In this document: positions 50,874 through 61,226 of the stretch, piece by piece
Layout of the letters: every line of letters starts with the position of its first letter
Position numbering within the stretch: position 1 is the stretch's first letter
Origin: an uncultured Bacteroidota bacterium
GTDB taxonomy: Bacteria > Bacteroidota > Bacteroidia > Bacteroidales > DTGW01
Reading direction: 5' to 3'
DNA length: 64,000 bases
Assembly (NCBI GenBank): GCA_963808135.1
Contig: CAWEFA010000027.1
Coordinates: forward strand, 66,416 to 130,415
Position numbers and translations under genes: made by a program
The notes under the pieces: model-generated
What the model saw: only the letters and a program-made list of their open reading frames with translations
Told to the model about the DNA's origin: nothing
Database searches by the model: none

Positions 50874-50957
50874 TGAGAATTTCAGCAATTATTCCTTGTT
50901 ATAATGTCGAAAATTATATTGAAGAACCTGTTAAATCATTAATAAACCAAACGTAAT
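50874..50957 (+). pseudogene. GT2 glycosyltransferase 5' stub (copy 2)
   Basis: MRISAIIPCYNVENYIEEPVKSLINQT followed by TAA TAG. This is 27 codons of a GT2 N-terminus and then nothing. Confidence 0.65.
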
Positions 50958-51041
50958 AGGATATTAAAAATGGCAAATGTCCATGTGATTATTCTTTACT
51001 TGAAAAACTAAAGATATTTCCGAATTACTAAAGCATTCAAA

Positions 51042-52361
51042 ATGGAAAATAAAATAAAATATTTATTCTCAGAGGTAATCAGTAATGAAGAGTTAAAAAA
51101 TCTAACTTTTTCAACATACTTCCCTATTATTATTAGTAATGGGAAAGTAAAATTAGGACCATCTGACCATTCCATTTGTTATCCTATTGAATTTTTATAC
51201 CCTGAAAAGAAAATAATTAGTGGCAATCTAAATTTTTACAACCAAATACTTTACGACAACCTCAACTTAAATAATTTTCTTAAAAATGAACATATAAAAC
51301 AAATTGATTTAAATAATTGCCAAAGTAATAAGTGTATAATAATTAATGTAATTGATAACTGTTATGGTCACGCTTTCTTAAAACTTCTCAATGTTCAGAT
51401 TTTCTGGAATAAATACAGTTCAAAATATGATATAATTGTAATTATTCAGGATCAACTATTGCATTACTTACCAAAATTAAAAGGTTTAATTCCAATACCA
51501 ATAAAGTTAGGATTTTCTGAAGCTGAAAAAGGATATTTATTAACTACGATTATTGATAAATTAAAAAACAATTATCAGATAGTTGATTATGGTATTTTAA
51601 ACACATATGAAAAATATGCATCAAAAAAAGTAATTATAGATTTTTTTGATTTTTTTGGCCAAAACAATCAAAATTCATCTTCAAAAAATATTTGTTTTTA
51701 TTATAGAAAAGACTTTTTTAGGATGTGGGGAGGATACAAACAAAAAAATAATATTATTAGATTTTTTAATCATTTAAAACACTTTTTTAGTAAAAATATT
51801 ACTTTCTTCGTTTTAGGAGAAAGGGATACATTTAATTTTCCATCATGGATTAATGATATACGAGTTAATTCTTTTAATAAAGATGTTGATTTTCAATATA
51901 ATCATATTCTATTAAATAGTATTATTGCAATAGGTGTTACTGGTTCAAATATGTTACTTCCATCATTATTAGCTGATTCAACGGTTCATTTAATCCCCGC
52001 TTTTAAGATAAAAAACATAAATGAAGATATCATTAGAACAGACACTGATACTATTTCCGGATATTATATTCATCAAAATATTTTGGTACTTAATAAAAGC
52101 TTTTATTATTCGCCTATTGAACTAGCTCAACAAATAGTTCTACAGTATAATGCTAAATTGGAAAAATTATATAAAACAAATATTAGAGAAAATTATAGTT
52201 CAAGTCAAAATATTTGGATTTGTAAAAATTTCCCTGAGTTTAATTTATCAAATGCTGTAAAATTAAAGTCCATAATAAATAATAAAACTTATTCATTTCT
52301 TTATTATAAACTTAAACTTACTAAAATTTTAAAATTATTTAAATGTATTAAGGTGTTTTAA
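51042..52361 (+). CDS. Uncharacterised 439-aa protein, very AT-rich
   Basis: It has no TM segment and is Asn/Ile/Lys-rich. I recognise no motif. It lies between the GT2 stub and the second oxidoreductase gene. Confidence 0.4.
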   Translation: MENKIKYLFSEVISNEELKNLTFSTYFPIIISNGKVKLGPSDHSICYPIEFLYPEKKIISGNLNFYNQILYDNLNLNNFLKNEHIKQIDLNNCQSNKCIIINVIDNCYGHAFLKLLNVQIFWNKYSSKYDIIVIIQDQLLHYLPKLKGLIPIPIKLGFSEAEKGYLLTTIIDKLKNNYQIVDYGILNTYEKYASKKVIIDFFDFFGQNNQNSSSKNICFYYRKDFFRMWGGYKQKNNIIRFFNHLKHFFSKNITFFVLGERDTFNFPSWINDIRVNSFNKDVDFQYNHILLNSIIAIGVTGSNMLLPSLLADSTVHLIPAFKIKNINEDIIRTDTDTISGYYIHQNILVLNKSFYYSPIELAQQIVLQYNAKLEKLYKTNIRENYSSSQNIWICKNFPEFNLSNAVKLKSIINNKTYSFLYYKLKLTKILKLFKCIKVF

Positions 52362-52519
52362 AACAATTTCTAAATAAAGGATATTAAAACCTCTGGACAA
52401 AGTCTTGTGCCAAAACAGATATTCGCTTTACAAACAAAGTTTATTATCCCGAGGTAGGGTCTCGAAGAATTCTTTTAATTAAAATCTAAATTCCAATTAG
52501 TTTAATTTTGTTAATTAAT

Positions 52520-53581
52520 ATGAAGTTAAAATTTGCCCTTATTGGCTGTGGACGCATTTCTGTAAAACATTCTGAATTGTTAGGAAGTGGTAAAATAAAA
52601 GATTCCCAACTGGTTGCCGTTTGCGATATAGTTGAAGATAAAGCAAAAAAGGTAGCTCAGAAATATAATGTCCCATATTATACTGATATGGACACAATGT
52701 TGCAAAATGAGGATATTGATGTTGTTTCAGTTTTAACAGAAAGCGGCAATCATGCCAAAAATGTTATAAACATTGCAAAATATGGGAAACATATTGTCGT
52801 TGAAAAACCAATGGCCCTTACTTTGGATGATGCAGATGCAATGATTCATGCTTGTTCAGAGAACAATTGCAAACTTTTTATTGTTAAGCAAAACCGATTT
52901 AATTATCCCGTAGTAGAATTGCGTAGAGCAATAGAAAGCAGACGTTTTGGGAAACTAGTGATGGGTACCATTCGAGTGCGCTGGTGTCGAACACAAGAAT
53001 ACTATAATCAGGATAAGTGGAGAGGAACATGGGCTTACGATGGCGGTGTGTTGTCAAATCAAGCCAGTCATCATATCGATTTATTGCAATGGATGATGGG
53101 TGATGTGGAAAGTGTTTATGCAAAAAGTATTACAGCATTGGTTGATATTGAAGCTGAAGATACAGCTGTTGCAGTTTTAAAATTTAAAAACGGGGCATTA
53201 GGAATAGTTGAAGCAACCACTGCGACCAGACCAATAGATATTGAAGGTTCACTTTCAATACTTGGAGAAAAAGGTATGGTCGAAATTGGCGGATTTGCTG
53301 TAAACGAAATCAAACATTGGAATTTTAAAGAAAAGTTAGCAATTGATGATAATATACATGATTTCTCCACAAACCCGCCAAACGTTTACGGGTTTGGCCA
53401 TCAAGCCTATTATGAAGATGTTGTTGATTCTATTATACAAAATAAAAAAAGTCTTATAGATGGTTTTGAAGGAAGAAAAAGCTTAGAGTTAATTTTAGCC
53501 CTTTATGAGTCAATAGAAACTGAGAAAGAAGTATTTCTGCGGTTTAGTCCTCAAAAATGCAGATTAGGTTTTAAAAACTAG
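52520..53581 (+). CDS. Gfo/Idh/MocA-family sugar-nucleotide oxidoreductase (WbpB/WlbA-like)
   Basis: Lies within ORF 52508..53581, with the ATG at 52520. Motifs seen are MKLKFALIGCGRIS, VVEKPMA and QNRFN. Confidence 0.8.
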   Translation: MKLKFALIGCGRISVKHSELLGSGKIKDSQLVAVCDIVEDKAKKVAQKYNVPYYTDMDTMLQNEDIDVVSVLTESGNHAKNVINIAKYGKHIVVEKPMALTLDDADAMIHACSENNCKLFIVKQNRFNYPVVELRRAIESRRFGKLVMGTIRVRWCRTQEYYNQDKWRGTWAYDGGVLSNQASHHIDLLQWMMGDVESVYAKSITALVDIEAEDTAVAVLKFKNGALGIVEATTATRPIDIEGSLSILGEKGMVEIGGFAVNEIKHWNFKEKLAIDDNIHDFSTNPPNVYGFGHQAYYEDVVDSIIQNKKSLIDGFEGRKSLELILALYESIETEKEVFLRFSPQKCRLGFKN

Positions 53582-53586
53582 AACAA

Positions 53587-54066
53587 ATGAATAATTCCCC
53601 AACAATTAAACCTTTCAAAATTATCAACGTTAATTTTGGTAATAATATTAAGATAATTGAACCGGTAAATATATACGATTGTAATATTGGAGACAATTGT
53701 TTTATTGGGCCATTTGTAGAGATTCAAAAAAATGTAACTGTAGGTAAAAATTGCAAAATACAATCACATTCATTTATTTGCGAATTAGTAACCATTGGAA
53801 ATGATTGTTTTATTGGACATGGTGTAATGTTTATAAATGATTTATTTCAAGAAGGTGGTCCTGCAGGTGGTGATATAACCAAATGGAGAGAAACACATAT
53901 TGGTAACAAAGTATCAATAGGTTCAAATGCAACAATCTTACCCATTATTATTTGCGATGATGTAGTAATTGGTGCTGGTTCGGTAGTAACAAAAAATATT
54001 TCAGAGTCTGGTATCTATGCGGGAAATCCTGCAAAACTGATTCGCAAACTACCTCAATCAAAATAA
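53587..54066 (+). CDS. Hexapeptide-repeat N-acetyltransferase, paralogue of 30042..30533
   Basis: 159 aa. IGPFVEIQKNVTVGKNCKIQSHSFICELVTIGNDCFIGHGV ... YAGNPAKL aligns by eye over its whole length with the 30042 protein. Confidence 0.7.
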   Translation: MNNSPTIKPFKIINVNFGNNIKIIEPVNIYDCNIGDNCFIGPFVEIQKNVTVGKNCKIQSHSFICELVTIGNDCFIGHGVMFINDLFQEGGPAGGDITKWRETHIGNKVSIGSNATILPIIICDDVVIGAGSVVTKNISESGIYAGNPAKLIRKLPQSK

Positions 54067-54076
54067 TAAAATAATT

Positions 54077-55195
54077 ATGAAAATCCCATTTGTTGATTTA
54101 ACCGCCCAATATTTATCAATTAAAGATGAAATTGATACTGCCATTCAAAACGTTATTAATGATTGTGCATTTATTGGTACTATTAACAATAAGTACATTA
54201 AAAAATTTGAAGAAGAATTTGCCGGATTTTTAGGAACAAATCATTGCATTGCTTGCGCAAATGGTACAGATTCACTTGAAATAATTATCAAAGCCTTAGG
54301 AATAGGACCAGGCGATGAAGTTATTGTCCCATCTTTATCATGGATTGCCACTTCAGAAGCTGTTAGCAATATTGGAGCAAAACCTGTCTTTGTGGATATT
54401 GAACCAAACTTTTTTTGTATCGATGAATCAAAAATTGAAGAGAAAGTTAATGCGAGAACCAAAGCAATAATTCCTGTTCATTTATACGGCCATCCTGCCA
54501 ATATGCCTGCATTAATTGATATAGCTCAAAAGTATAACCTCTTCGTGATCGAAGACTGTGCTCAAGCACATGGTGCAGAAATTAATGGTCAAAAAGTTGG
54601 AACTTTTGGTATTGCTGCAGGATTTAGCTTTTTCCCAGGAAAAAATCTTGGGGCATTTGGAGATGCTGGGGGTATTGTTACAAATAACGAAGAGCTTGCT
54701 AAACAGTGTCGAATGATCTCGCAACATGGTCAGCTTGAAAAAAAACATTTTCATTATATCGAAGGCCGCAATAGCAGAATGGATGGCATAAATGCAGCCG
54801 TATTATCGGTAAAGTTAAAATATCTTGACGAATGGAATGAAAAAAGAAAAAAAGCTGTGAAAATTTATTTTGAAAATATAGATCATTCAAAAGTACATTG
54901 CCCTAAAATAAAAGAAAATTATAATCATGTTTTTCATTTATTTGTAATTAGATCTGACGAAAGAGATACTATACTTAAAAAGCTTGAAGAACAAAAAATA
55001 AGTGCAGCAGTGCAATATCCTACGCCGTTACCCTTCTTGCTGGCTTATAATAAATTATCTATTTTTTTTATGAATCAATTTCCTGTTGCTTCACAAATTA
55101 CAAAACAGATATTATCATTACCAATTTACCCCGAAATTTCAAAAGAACAGATTGTGTACATTAGCAATATCGTTAATTCATATAGTATTCTTTGA
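54077..55195 (+). CDS. DegT-family PLP aminotransferase, paralogue of 30630..31730
   Basis: 372 aa. Motifs seen are NGTDSLEIIIKAL, IEDCAQAHG and FSFFPGKNLGAFGDAGGI. Confidence 0.85.
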   Translation: MKIPFVDLTAQYLSIKDEIDTAIQNVINDCAFIGTINNKYIKKFEEEFAGFLGTNHCIACANGTDSLEIIIKALGIGPGDEVIVPSLSWIATSEAVSNIGAKPVFVDIEPNFFCIDESKIEEKVNARTKAIIPVHLYGHPANMPALIDIAQKYNLFVIEDCAQAHGAEINGQKVGTFGIAAGFSFFPGKNLGAFGDAGGIVTNNEELAKQCRMISQHGQLEKKHFHYIEGRNSRMDGINAAVLSVKLKYLDEWNEKRKKAVKIYFENIDHSKVHCPKIKENYNHVFHLFVIRSDERDTILKKLEEQKISAAVQYPTPLPFLLAYNKLSIFFMNQFPVASQITKQILSLPIYPEISKEQIVYISNIVNSYSIL

Positions 55196-56448
55196 TAAAT
55201 TTAAAACATATTATTTTATCTTGTTATAATTTTCCACCAAATCCCGGTATAGGTGGTAGAAGATGGGCAAAATTTGCTAAGCATTTAGCCAAAAAAGGAT
55301 ATGTGATACATGTAATAAGAGCCAAAAAAAAAACAGAGAATGAATCTGATTGGACATCAGATGTTCAATCAGAGAATATTATTCATTATCCGATAAAAAC
55401 AAATTACCCGGCATTATTAGGAAGGGCTCCAAAGAGTATTTTTGAAAATTTTTTATATCGCCTTCAGGTTTTCTCCATGTATCTTTTTACAAGGGGAACT
55501 ATTTACGATAGCGCCGCATGCATGCAACATTCATATATTAGAGTAATATTAGGGATAATTAATAAATACAATGTAAAAAATATAATAGTTACGGGCGCTC
55601 CATTTCGTTTGTTCTATTATACTGCTCTATTAAAAAAAAATCATCCGGAATTAAATATTATATGCGATTACCGCGATCCATGGTTGAATGCTGTAAATTA
55701 TGGGTTTCAAAATTTAAGTAAAAACAGGCGAAATTTTGAACATAAAATGCAAAGTATTGTATTTGAATATTGCGATATAATTACTGCGCCAAACAAATTT
55801 TTGCTTTCAGAGATAAAATCATTTGCAACCAATCAGCAGCAAAAACGATTAAAATTTGTAGAAATAACTCATGCCTATGATGATGATATTAAGCAGAAGG
55901 TTGTAAAAAGTAAGGAGAATAAAAATAAAATTATTTTAACTTATGGAGGAACGCTATATATAGGAACGGATACTTTACTTGAAACCCTGAAATCTTTTCT
56001 CGATTTATGTAAAGAAAAGAATTCCGAATTATATAAAAGATTAGAAATAAGATTTTATACAAATGAAATTCATTTTGAATTGCTTTTTAATAAACATAAA
56101 GATGTTGTATGTTTTTACAAACCTGTAACTAATATATTGGAGATTATTCAGATTTCAGATTTTGTACTGATTCTATTAGGGCAACATAATAAAGATTATT
56201 TAACTACTAAATTTTTTGAATTGTTACCTTATAGAAAACCTCTTATATACATTGGAGAGAGAGGTTATGCTGCAGATTTTATAGAAAAAAACAAGTTAGG
56301 CTTTATATTGCCATCTCATTTCGAAAATGAATTATTAAATATTTTAAAGGAATTTCCACTCATATTAAAAGAATATAACGATTCATTCGATTATTCAAGT
56401 TTTTCTTATCAGAAAATGACAAAAAAACTGGAAAGCTATTTTATTTAA
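55192..56448 (+). CDS. Glycosyltransferase, GT-B fold (GT4-like)
   Basis: 418 aa with an overlapping start. The N-terminus ILSCYNFPPNPGIGGRRWAKFAKHLAKKGYVIHVI is typical of GT4-like enzymes. Confidence 0.55.
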   Translation: MINLKHIILSCYNFPPNPGIGGRRWAKFAKHLAKKGYVIHVIRAKKKTENESDWTSDVQSENIIHYPIKTNYPALLGRAPKSIFENFLYRLQVFSMYLFTRGTIYDSAACMQHSYIRVILGIINKYNVKNIIVTGAPFRLFYYTALLKKNHPELNIICDYRDPWLNAVNYGFQNLSKNRRNFEHKMQSIVFEYCDIITAPNKFLLSEIKSFATNQQQKRLKFVEITHAYDDDIKQKVVKSKENKNKIILTYGGTLYIGTDTLLETLKSFLDLCKEKNSELYKRLEIRFYTNEIHFELLFNKHKDVVCFYKPVTNILEIIQISDFVLILLGQHNKDYLTTKFFELLPYRKPLIYIGERGYAADFIEKNKLGFILPSHFENELLNILKEFPLILKEYNDSFDYSSFSYQKMTKKLESYFI

Positions 56449-56594
56449 ATTTTGGGATTTTTTGTTTATATAAAAGAGCCATAAATAACTGCTTTTATTA
56501 ATTTTTGTGTTCTTAATGTGAATTTTTTCTTGTAAAGTCCACAAAGAATAAAAAATCGCAAAGAACATTTAGAATAAATAATTAGGAATTTTTA

Positions 56595-57772
56595 ATGAAA
56601 ATATTATATTACTCGCCTCACCCGTTTTTAAATCTTTCATCACCTTCCGGCTATGGAACCCATATACGCGAAATGATTAATGCATTTCGTGAAACAGGCC
56701 ATGTTGTTGAATCGCTTATAATGGGTGGAGAAGTAATCGTAAATAATGATTTGTCCATTAAAATTAAAAAGAACCCAATAAAAAAATTCATCCCGTCTAT
56801 ATTGTGGGAAACCATTAAAGATTTAAGATTAATATTTCACGACAGGAAAGCCCAACGTTTGCTATGCCAAAAAGTAATTGACTATAAACCGGATGTTATA
56901 TATGAAAGAGGATATTATATGACGATCTCCGGAATAAGAATTGCTAAAAAATTTAATTTATGTCATATCCTTGAAATGAATGCACCATTTCCTGAAGAAA
57001 GAAAAAGCATGGAAGGTTTGTCATTGCTTGGTTTTTTAGCAAAAAGAAGAGAACATATTCAAATTAAAGAAACATCCCATTTAGTGGTAGTTTCATCAGC
57101 TTTGAAATCATATTTCAAAAAAAAATTTGGGGATTACTTAACAAACATCATGATAATGCCGAACGCAATTAACCCTAAACAATAAATGTAAATAAAGATG
57201 AGGTTAAAAGTATCAGAAAGCAGATTTCTATAAATGAAAATGAAACGATTATTGGCTTTGTTGGTTCAATATTTCCTTATCACGGCGTTGATATATTATT
57301 AGATAGTTTTTGCAAACTACAGAAAACGAATCAAAATCTAAGGCTTTTAATTGTCGGCGATGGTGAATCACTGCCTAAGCTAAAGGAACAAGCTGTAAAA
57401 TCAGGCATCAATACAAAAGTTATTTTTACCGGGAATATTCAACATTCGCAGGTATGGAATTATATTTCTTTAATGGACATTTGTGTTATGGCCCGTTCTA
57501 ATTGGTACGGCTCGCCAATAAAAATATTCGAATACGGGGCATTGGGAAAGGCTATTATTGCGCCGGATAATATACCTGTGAATGATGTAATGATCCATAA
57601 CGAGGACGGCTTGCTTATAAGTAACGATTTATTTAAGCTTAGCTATGCCCTGTTAACGCTGTTGAATGATAAAGAAAAAAGAGAAATTTTAGGTAAAACT
57701 TTTCAAAAAAAAGTGCTAAATGAGCATACCTGGATAAATAATGCCAGGGTAATTCTAAATTCAGTTAAATGA
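56595..57772 (+). CDS. GT4 glycosyltransferase, split by one frameshift
   Basis: ORF 56595..57185 reads MKILYYSPHP...GYGTHIREM. The frame open from 57186 reads NVNKDEVKSIRKQISINENETIIGFVGSIFPYHGVDILL...LLIVGDGE...GSPIKIFEYGALGKAIIAPD, ending at 57772. Adding one A at 57181..57182 (CAATAAAT to CAAATAAAT) joins them. Confidence 0.8.
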
Positions 57773-58890
57773 CAATAGCCTTATTAACAGATGGAATATT
57801 CCCATATATTTTGGGAGGTATGCAAAAGCATGCCTATTACCTCGCTAAATATTTTGCAAAGTCGAAAATTTCAGTTGATATTTATCATCCAAAAATTCAT
57901 TCATCAATAGAACTGAACAAAGTTTTTTCAGCAGAGGAATTGAATTACATAAAAATTACAGAAATCTCATTTCCAAAGTTCCGATATTTTCCCGGTCATT
58001 ACATCCTGGAAAATTATATTTATTCGGGAAATATTTACAAAGCAATTAAACATAAAAATTATGATTTTATTTATGCAAAAGGATTAACAGCATGGTATAT
58101 TTTAAATCATAAAAAGAGTTTGCATACACCTGTCGGTATTCAGTTACATGGATTAGAAATGTTTCAGGATAAGAAAAATTTAAATGTTTCAAATATCCTT
58201 TTGCGTTGGGCGGCATTTCAAAATATTGTAAAAAGCGATTGTATATTTTCTTATGGTGGCAAAATATTACAGCTTTACGGGGAAATGAAAATACCTCAGG
58301 ATAAAATTATAATTCAACATGGCGGCGTTGAACCCGATTGGATAATTGAGCCAAAAGATGTTAAATCAAATGCTGAACGGACTTTTATTTTTATCGGAAG
58401 ATTTGAAAGAAGAAAAGGCCTGATTGAGTTAAACGAGGCCATCAATCAAATAATTAATGATTATAATTTCAGGTTTTATTTTCTTGGGAATATTCCTTTT
58501 AAGTACCAAATTAAATCTCTAAAATGTATTTATTTAGGCACAACCAATAGTATTGACGCTTACCGAAAATTTATAGATATGGCCGATATTATTGTTGTGC
58601 CGAGTTTATCCGAGGGCCTGCCTACGGTTATCCTCGAATGCATGGCAAGAGGCCTGGCACCTGTTGCCACTGATGTTGGCGCTGTTAGCGAGATTGTAAA
58701 TAATAATAGTGGCTGGCTAATTAATCCAAAAGACATAAACGCACTGAAGAATTCATTAATTGAAGCTATTACATTGCCTGAAAAAGAATTTACAGAAAAA
58801 AAAATCGAATCAATAAAAGCAATTAAATCAAAATTTCTTTGGCCTATACTCATTTCAGATTTGAATAAAGCAATTCAGAAAATAATATGA
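57769..58890 (+). CDS. GT4 glycosyltransferase
   Basis: 373 aa. FIFIGRFERRKGL and VVPSLSEGLPTVILECMARGLAPVATDVGAVSEIV form the EX7E region. Confidence 0.85.
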   Translation: MTIALLTDGIFPYILGGMQKHAYYLAKYFAKSKISVDIYHPKIHSSIELNKVFSAEELNYIKITEISFPKFRYFPGHYILENYIYSGNIYKAIKHKNYDFIYAKGLTAWYILNHKKSLHTPVGIQLHGLEMFQDKKNLNVSNILLRWAAFQNIVKSDCIFSYGGKILQLYGEMKIPQDKIIIQHGGVEPDWIIEPKDVKSNAERTFIFIGRFERRKGLIELNEAINQIINDYNFRFYFLGNIPFKYQIKSLKCIYLGTTNSIDAYRKFIDMADIIVVPSLSEGLPTVILECMARGLAPVATDVGAVSEIVNNNSGWLINPKDINALKNSLIEAITLPEKEFTEKKIESIKAIKSKFLWPILISDLNKAIQKII

Positions 58891-59571
58891 TAGTTGGAAA
58901 CGGACTAATTGCCCAAACACTTCATGATCTTGATGACGATGAAAACACTATAATTTTTGCTTCGGGTGTTTCGAATTCATCAGAAAGTGATGAGGAAGCT
59001 TTTAACCGTGAAGTTAATCTTCTTTTGTCATTTATTTCCGGGAGAAAAAAAATCGTATATTTCAGCACATGCAGCATTTTCGATGATTGTTTGAAAAATT
59101 CTCTTTATATACAACACAAAATTAATATTGAAAACTTAATTCAAAAAAACTTTAATAATTACCTTATTTTAAGATTGCCTACGTTAGTAAGCAATTCAAA
59201 CAATCCGAATACTTTTTTCAATTATTTTAGGGATAAAATAAAAAATAATCTCCCTTTATATGTGCAAAAAAATGCTTACAGATATTCTGTTAGATGCTGA
59301 AGATTTAAAATTTATAGTTCCGGGTTTGCTAAAAAAATATCATAGTGAAAATAAAATATTGAACATAGCCTATTCTAATGCAATTGCAGTAAGTGAGATT
59401 GTAAAAATCATGGAAACTAAATTAAACATAAAAGCAAATGTCAATTTTCTTGAAATTGGGAATTTCTTTACTTTTGATAATAGCGAATTTTTAATGTTTT
59501 TGAAGAATGAAAATATCTGTTATGATACAAACTATGTGGAAAAAGTAATAAATAAATATATTGTTAGCTGA
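58887..59571 (+). CDS. Rossmann-fold sugar-nucleotide epimerase/reductase-like protein, split by one frameshift
   Basis: Built from ORFs 58887..59300 and 59260..59571. Removing one A from the A7 run 59266..59272 gives LPLYVQKMLTDILLDAEDL and joins the frames. The family call is weak because no clean GxxGxxG motif is present. Confidence 0.4.
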
Positions 59572-59626
59572 TTTAATAAGAAGTTTGAATTAAATTTTCA
59601 CATGATTATAAATCAATAAAGTTTAT

Positions 59627-61161
59627 ATGATTAAGCAAATATTAGGGAAGAAACGATTGTTTGAAATTGAAAATAAGTTTTTGTGGCTATCTGTCGCAAT
59701 TGCTTTCAGGCTTATTATATGCCTGTTCTTTGTTTATCAAAGCAATATTTATTTGAAAGACAGGCTTAATAGTGGTTTTGTAATAATTTCCAATGATTAT
59801 GGCCAACTTCTCAGGCCTGTGGACAATTTTTTTAAAACCGGGGTTTATGAAGTTAGGGAAGGTTCCGGGTTGCCTTATGCCGGGCGTTTACACTTGGTTA
59901 TAGCTTTCCATATATGTTATTAAGGTTTGTTTTTAGTAAAAATATAGGCTTGTCTTTATTAATAATCTGGCAGTTTTTATTTTCAGCTCTTTCCGTATAT
60001 TACCTGGCAAAATGTATTTATTTGTTAACGAATAAAAAATCACTGTTTTTAATTGGTTTCTTTTCATATTTATTCTTTTCATATATCATTCAAGGGGATT
60101 TATGGACTTTACCCGAAAGTTTTTCTGTTTCGGCTTATATTTTTCATTTGTATTTTTTTATTCGATTCTGGAAAGAAAATAAAAACAAAAATTTAATTAT
60201 TTCAGGAGGATTTTTAACCTGGGCTATCTTCCTCAGGGGATTTTTGCTTACTTATCTGATCTCTTCAACAATTATACTTCTTTGGCTTTTATATAAAATG
60301 GGATTGAAATTAAAACTGGCAGCAATAAAATTAATGTTATTCTTTTTGCCATTTATAATAGCAGAGTCTATTTGGATAACTAGGAATTATATGTTGCTAC
60401 ACCAGTTTATCCCTTTGCAAACAATATTTGTTCCAGGCCAAAAAATTGATGCAAATGTCGATTATAAAGGCAGATATAAAAATTCAGTCCTTGCATTAAG
60501 AAAACTGGTTGTGTCGTGGGGTGGTAACGCCGTTGACTACTATCCAGACTCTGAGACGGGATGGTTTTTATCAGAAGTAAGAAAGCAGGGAGGCAATACT
60601 TTCCCTTTTCCAAATAAAATCTTTTTTACAGGGTTTACTAAAGATTCAGTTTACGAACTAAAACATTTAATTACTATATCATTTAAAGATACGTTTCCGG
60701 TAAAAGAACACTTAAGAATTGAAAATTTGATCATCAATAAATCAATGAGCTATATTTCAAAGATCAGGCAACAAAAGCCATTTATTTATTATTTTGAGAG
60801 CAGGGTTAAAAGAATAAAAAACTTTTTATTACAAAGCGTTGTTTCAAACTGGCCTGGGCCCCCCTTTAGGAATTCATCTTTGCTTTATAAATTTTATAAA
60901 CTATGCACATTATTTTTTTATTATTTAATTCTGAGTTTAAGCTTCTTTGCTTTAATTTATCAATTGCTTTTTAACAGACGTTTGGAAATAGGTTGGTATT
61001 TGTCTCTTAATTTTTTTATATTGCTAGTTACTTTCTCATATTTAATTGAGTCAGCAGAAAATAAATACTTTTTAACGGGTTTCATTAATGCATTCATTTT
61101 ATCTTATATAATGTTCCCTTTAATAATGAACCGATTCAGAAAAGATAATAAAAACTATTAA
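59627..61161 (+). CDS. Second GT-C-like polytopic membrane protein (ArnT/PMT-like), split by one frameshift
   Basis: Built from ORFs 59627..59923 and 59914..61161. Adding one T to the T3 run 59887..59889 gives PYAGRFTLGYSFPYMLLRFVFS and joins the frames. There are many TM helices. Confidence 0.5.
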
Positions 61162-61226
61162 ATACACTATTTGCAAGGCGATTGTAATCTTATTTAATTA
61201 ATGTTTTATTAAGCCAACTATATAGG

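Noticed and set aside
30182-54890. Numerous short antisense ORFs inside the polysaccharide genes (for example 30182..30427, 35565..35969, 41372..41875, 53116..53370, 54241..54890)
   Set aside because: All overlap plus-strand genes that have strong family motifs, and none has a motif of its own.
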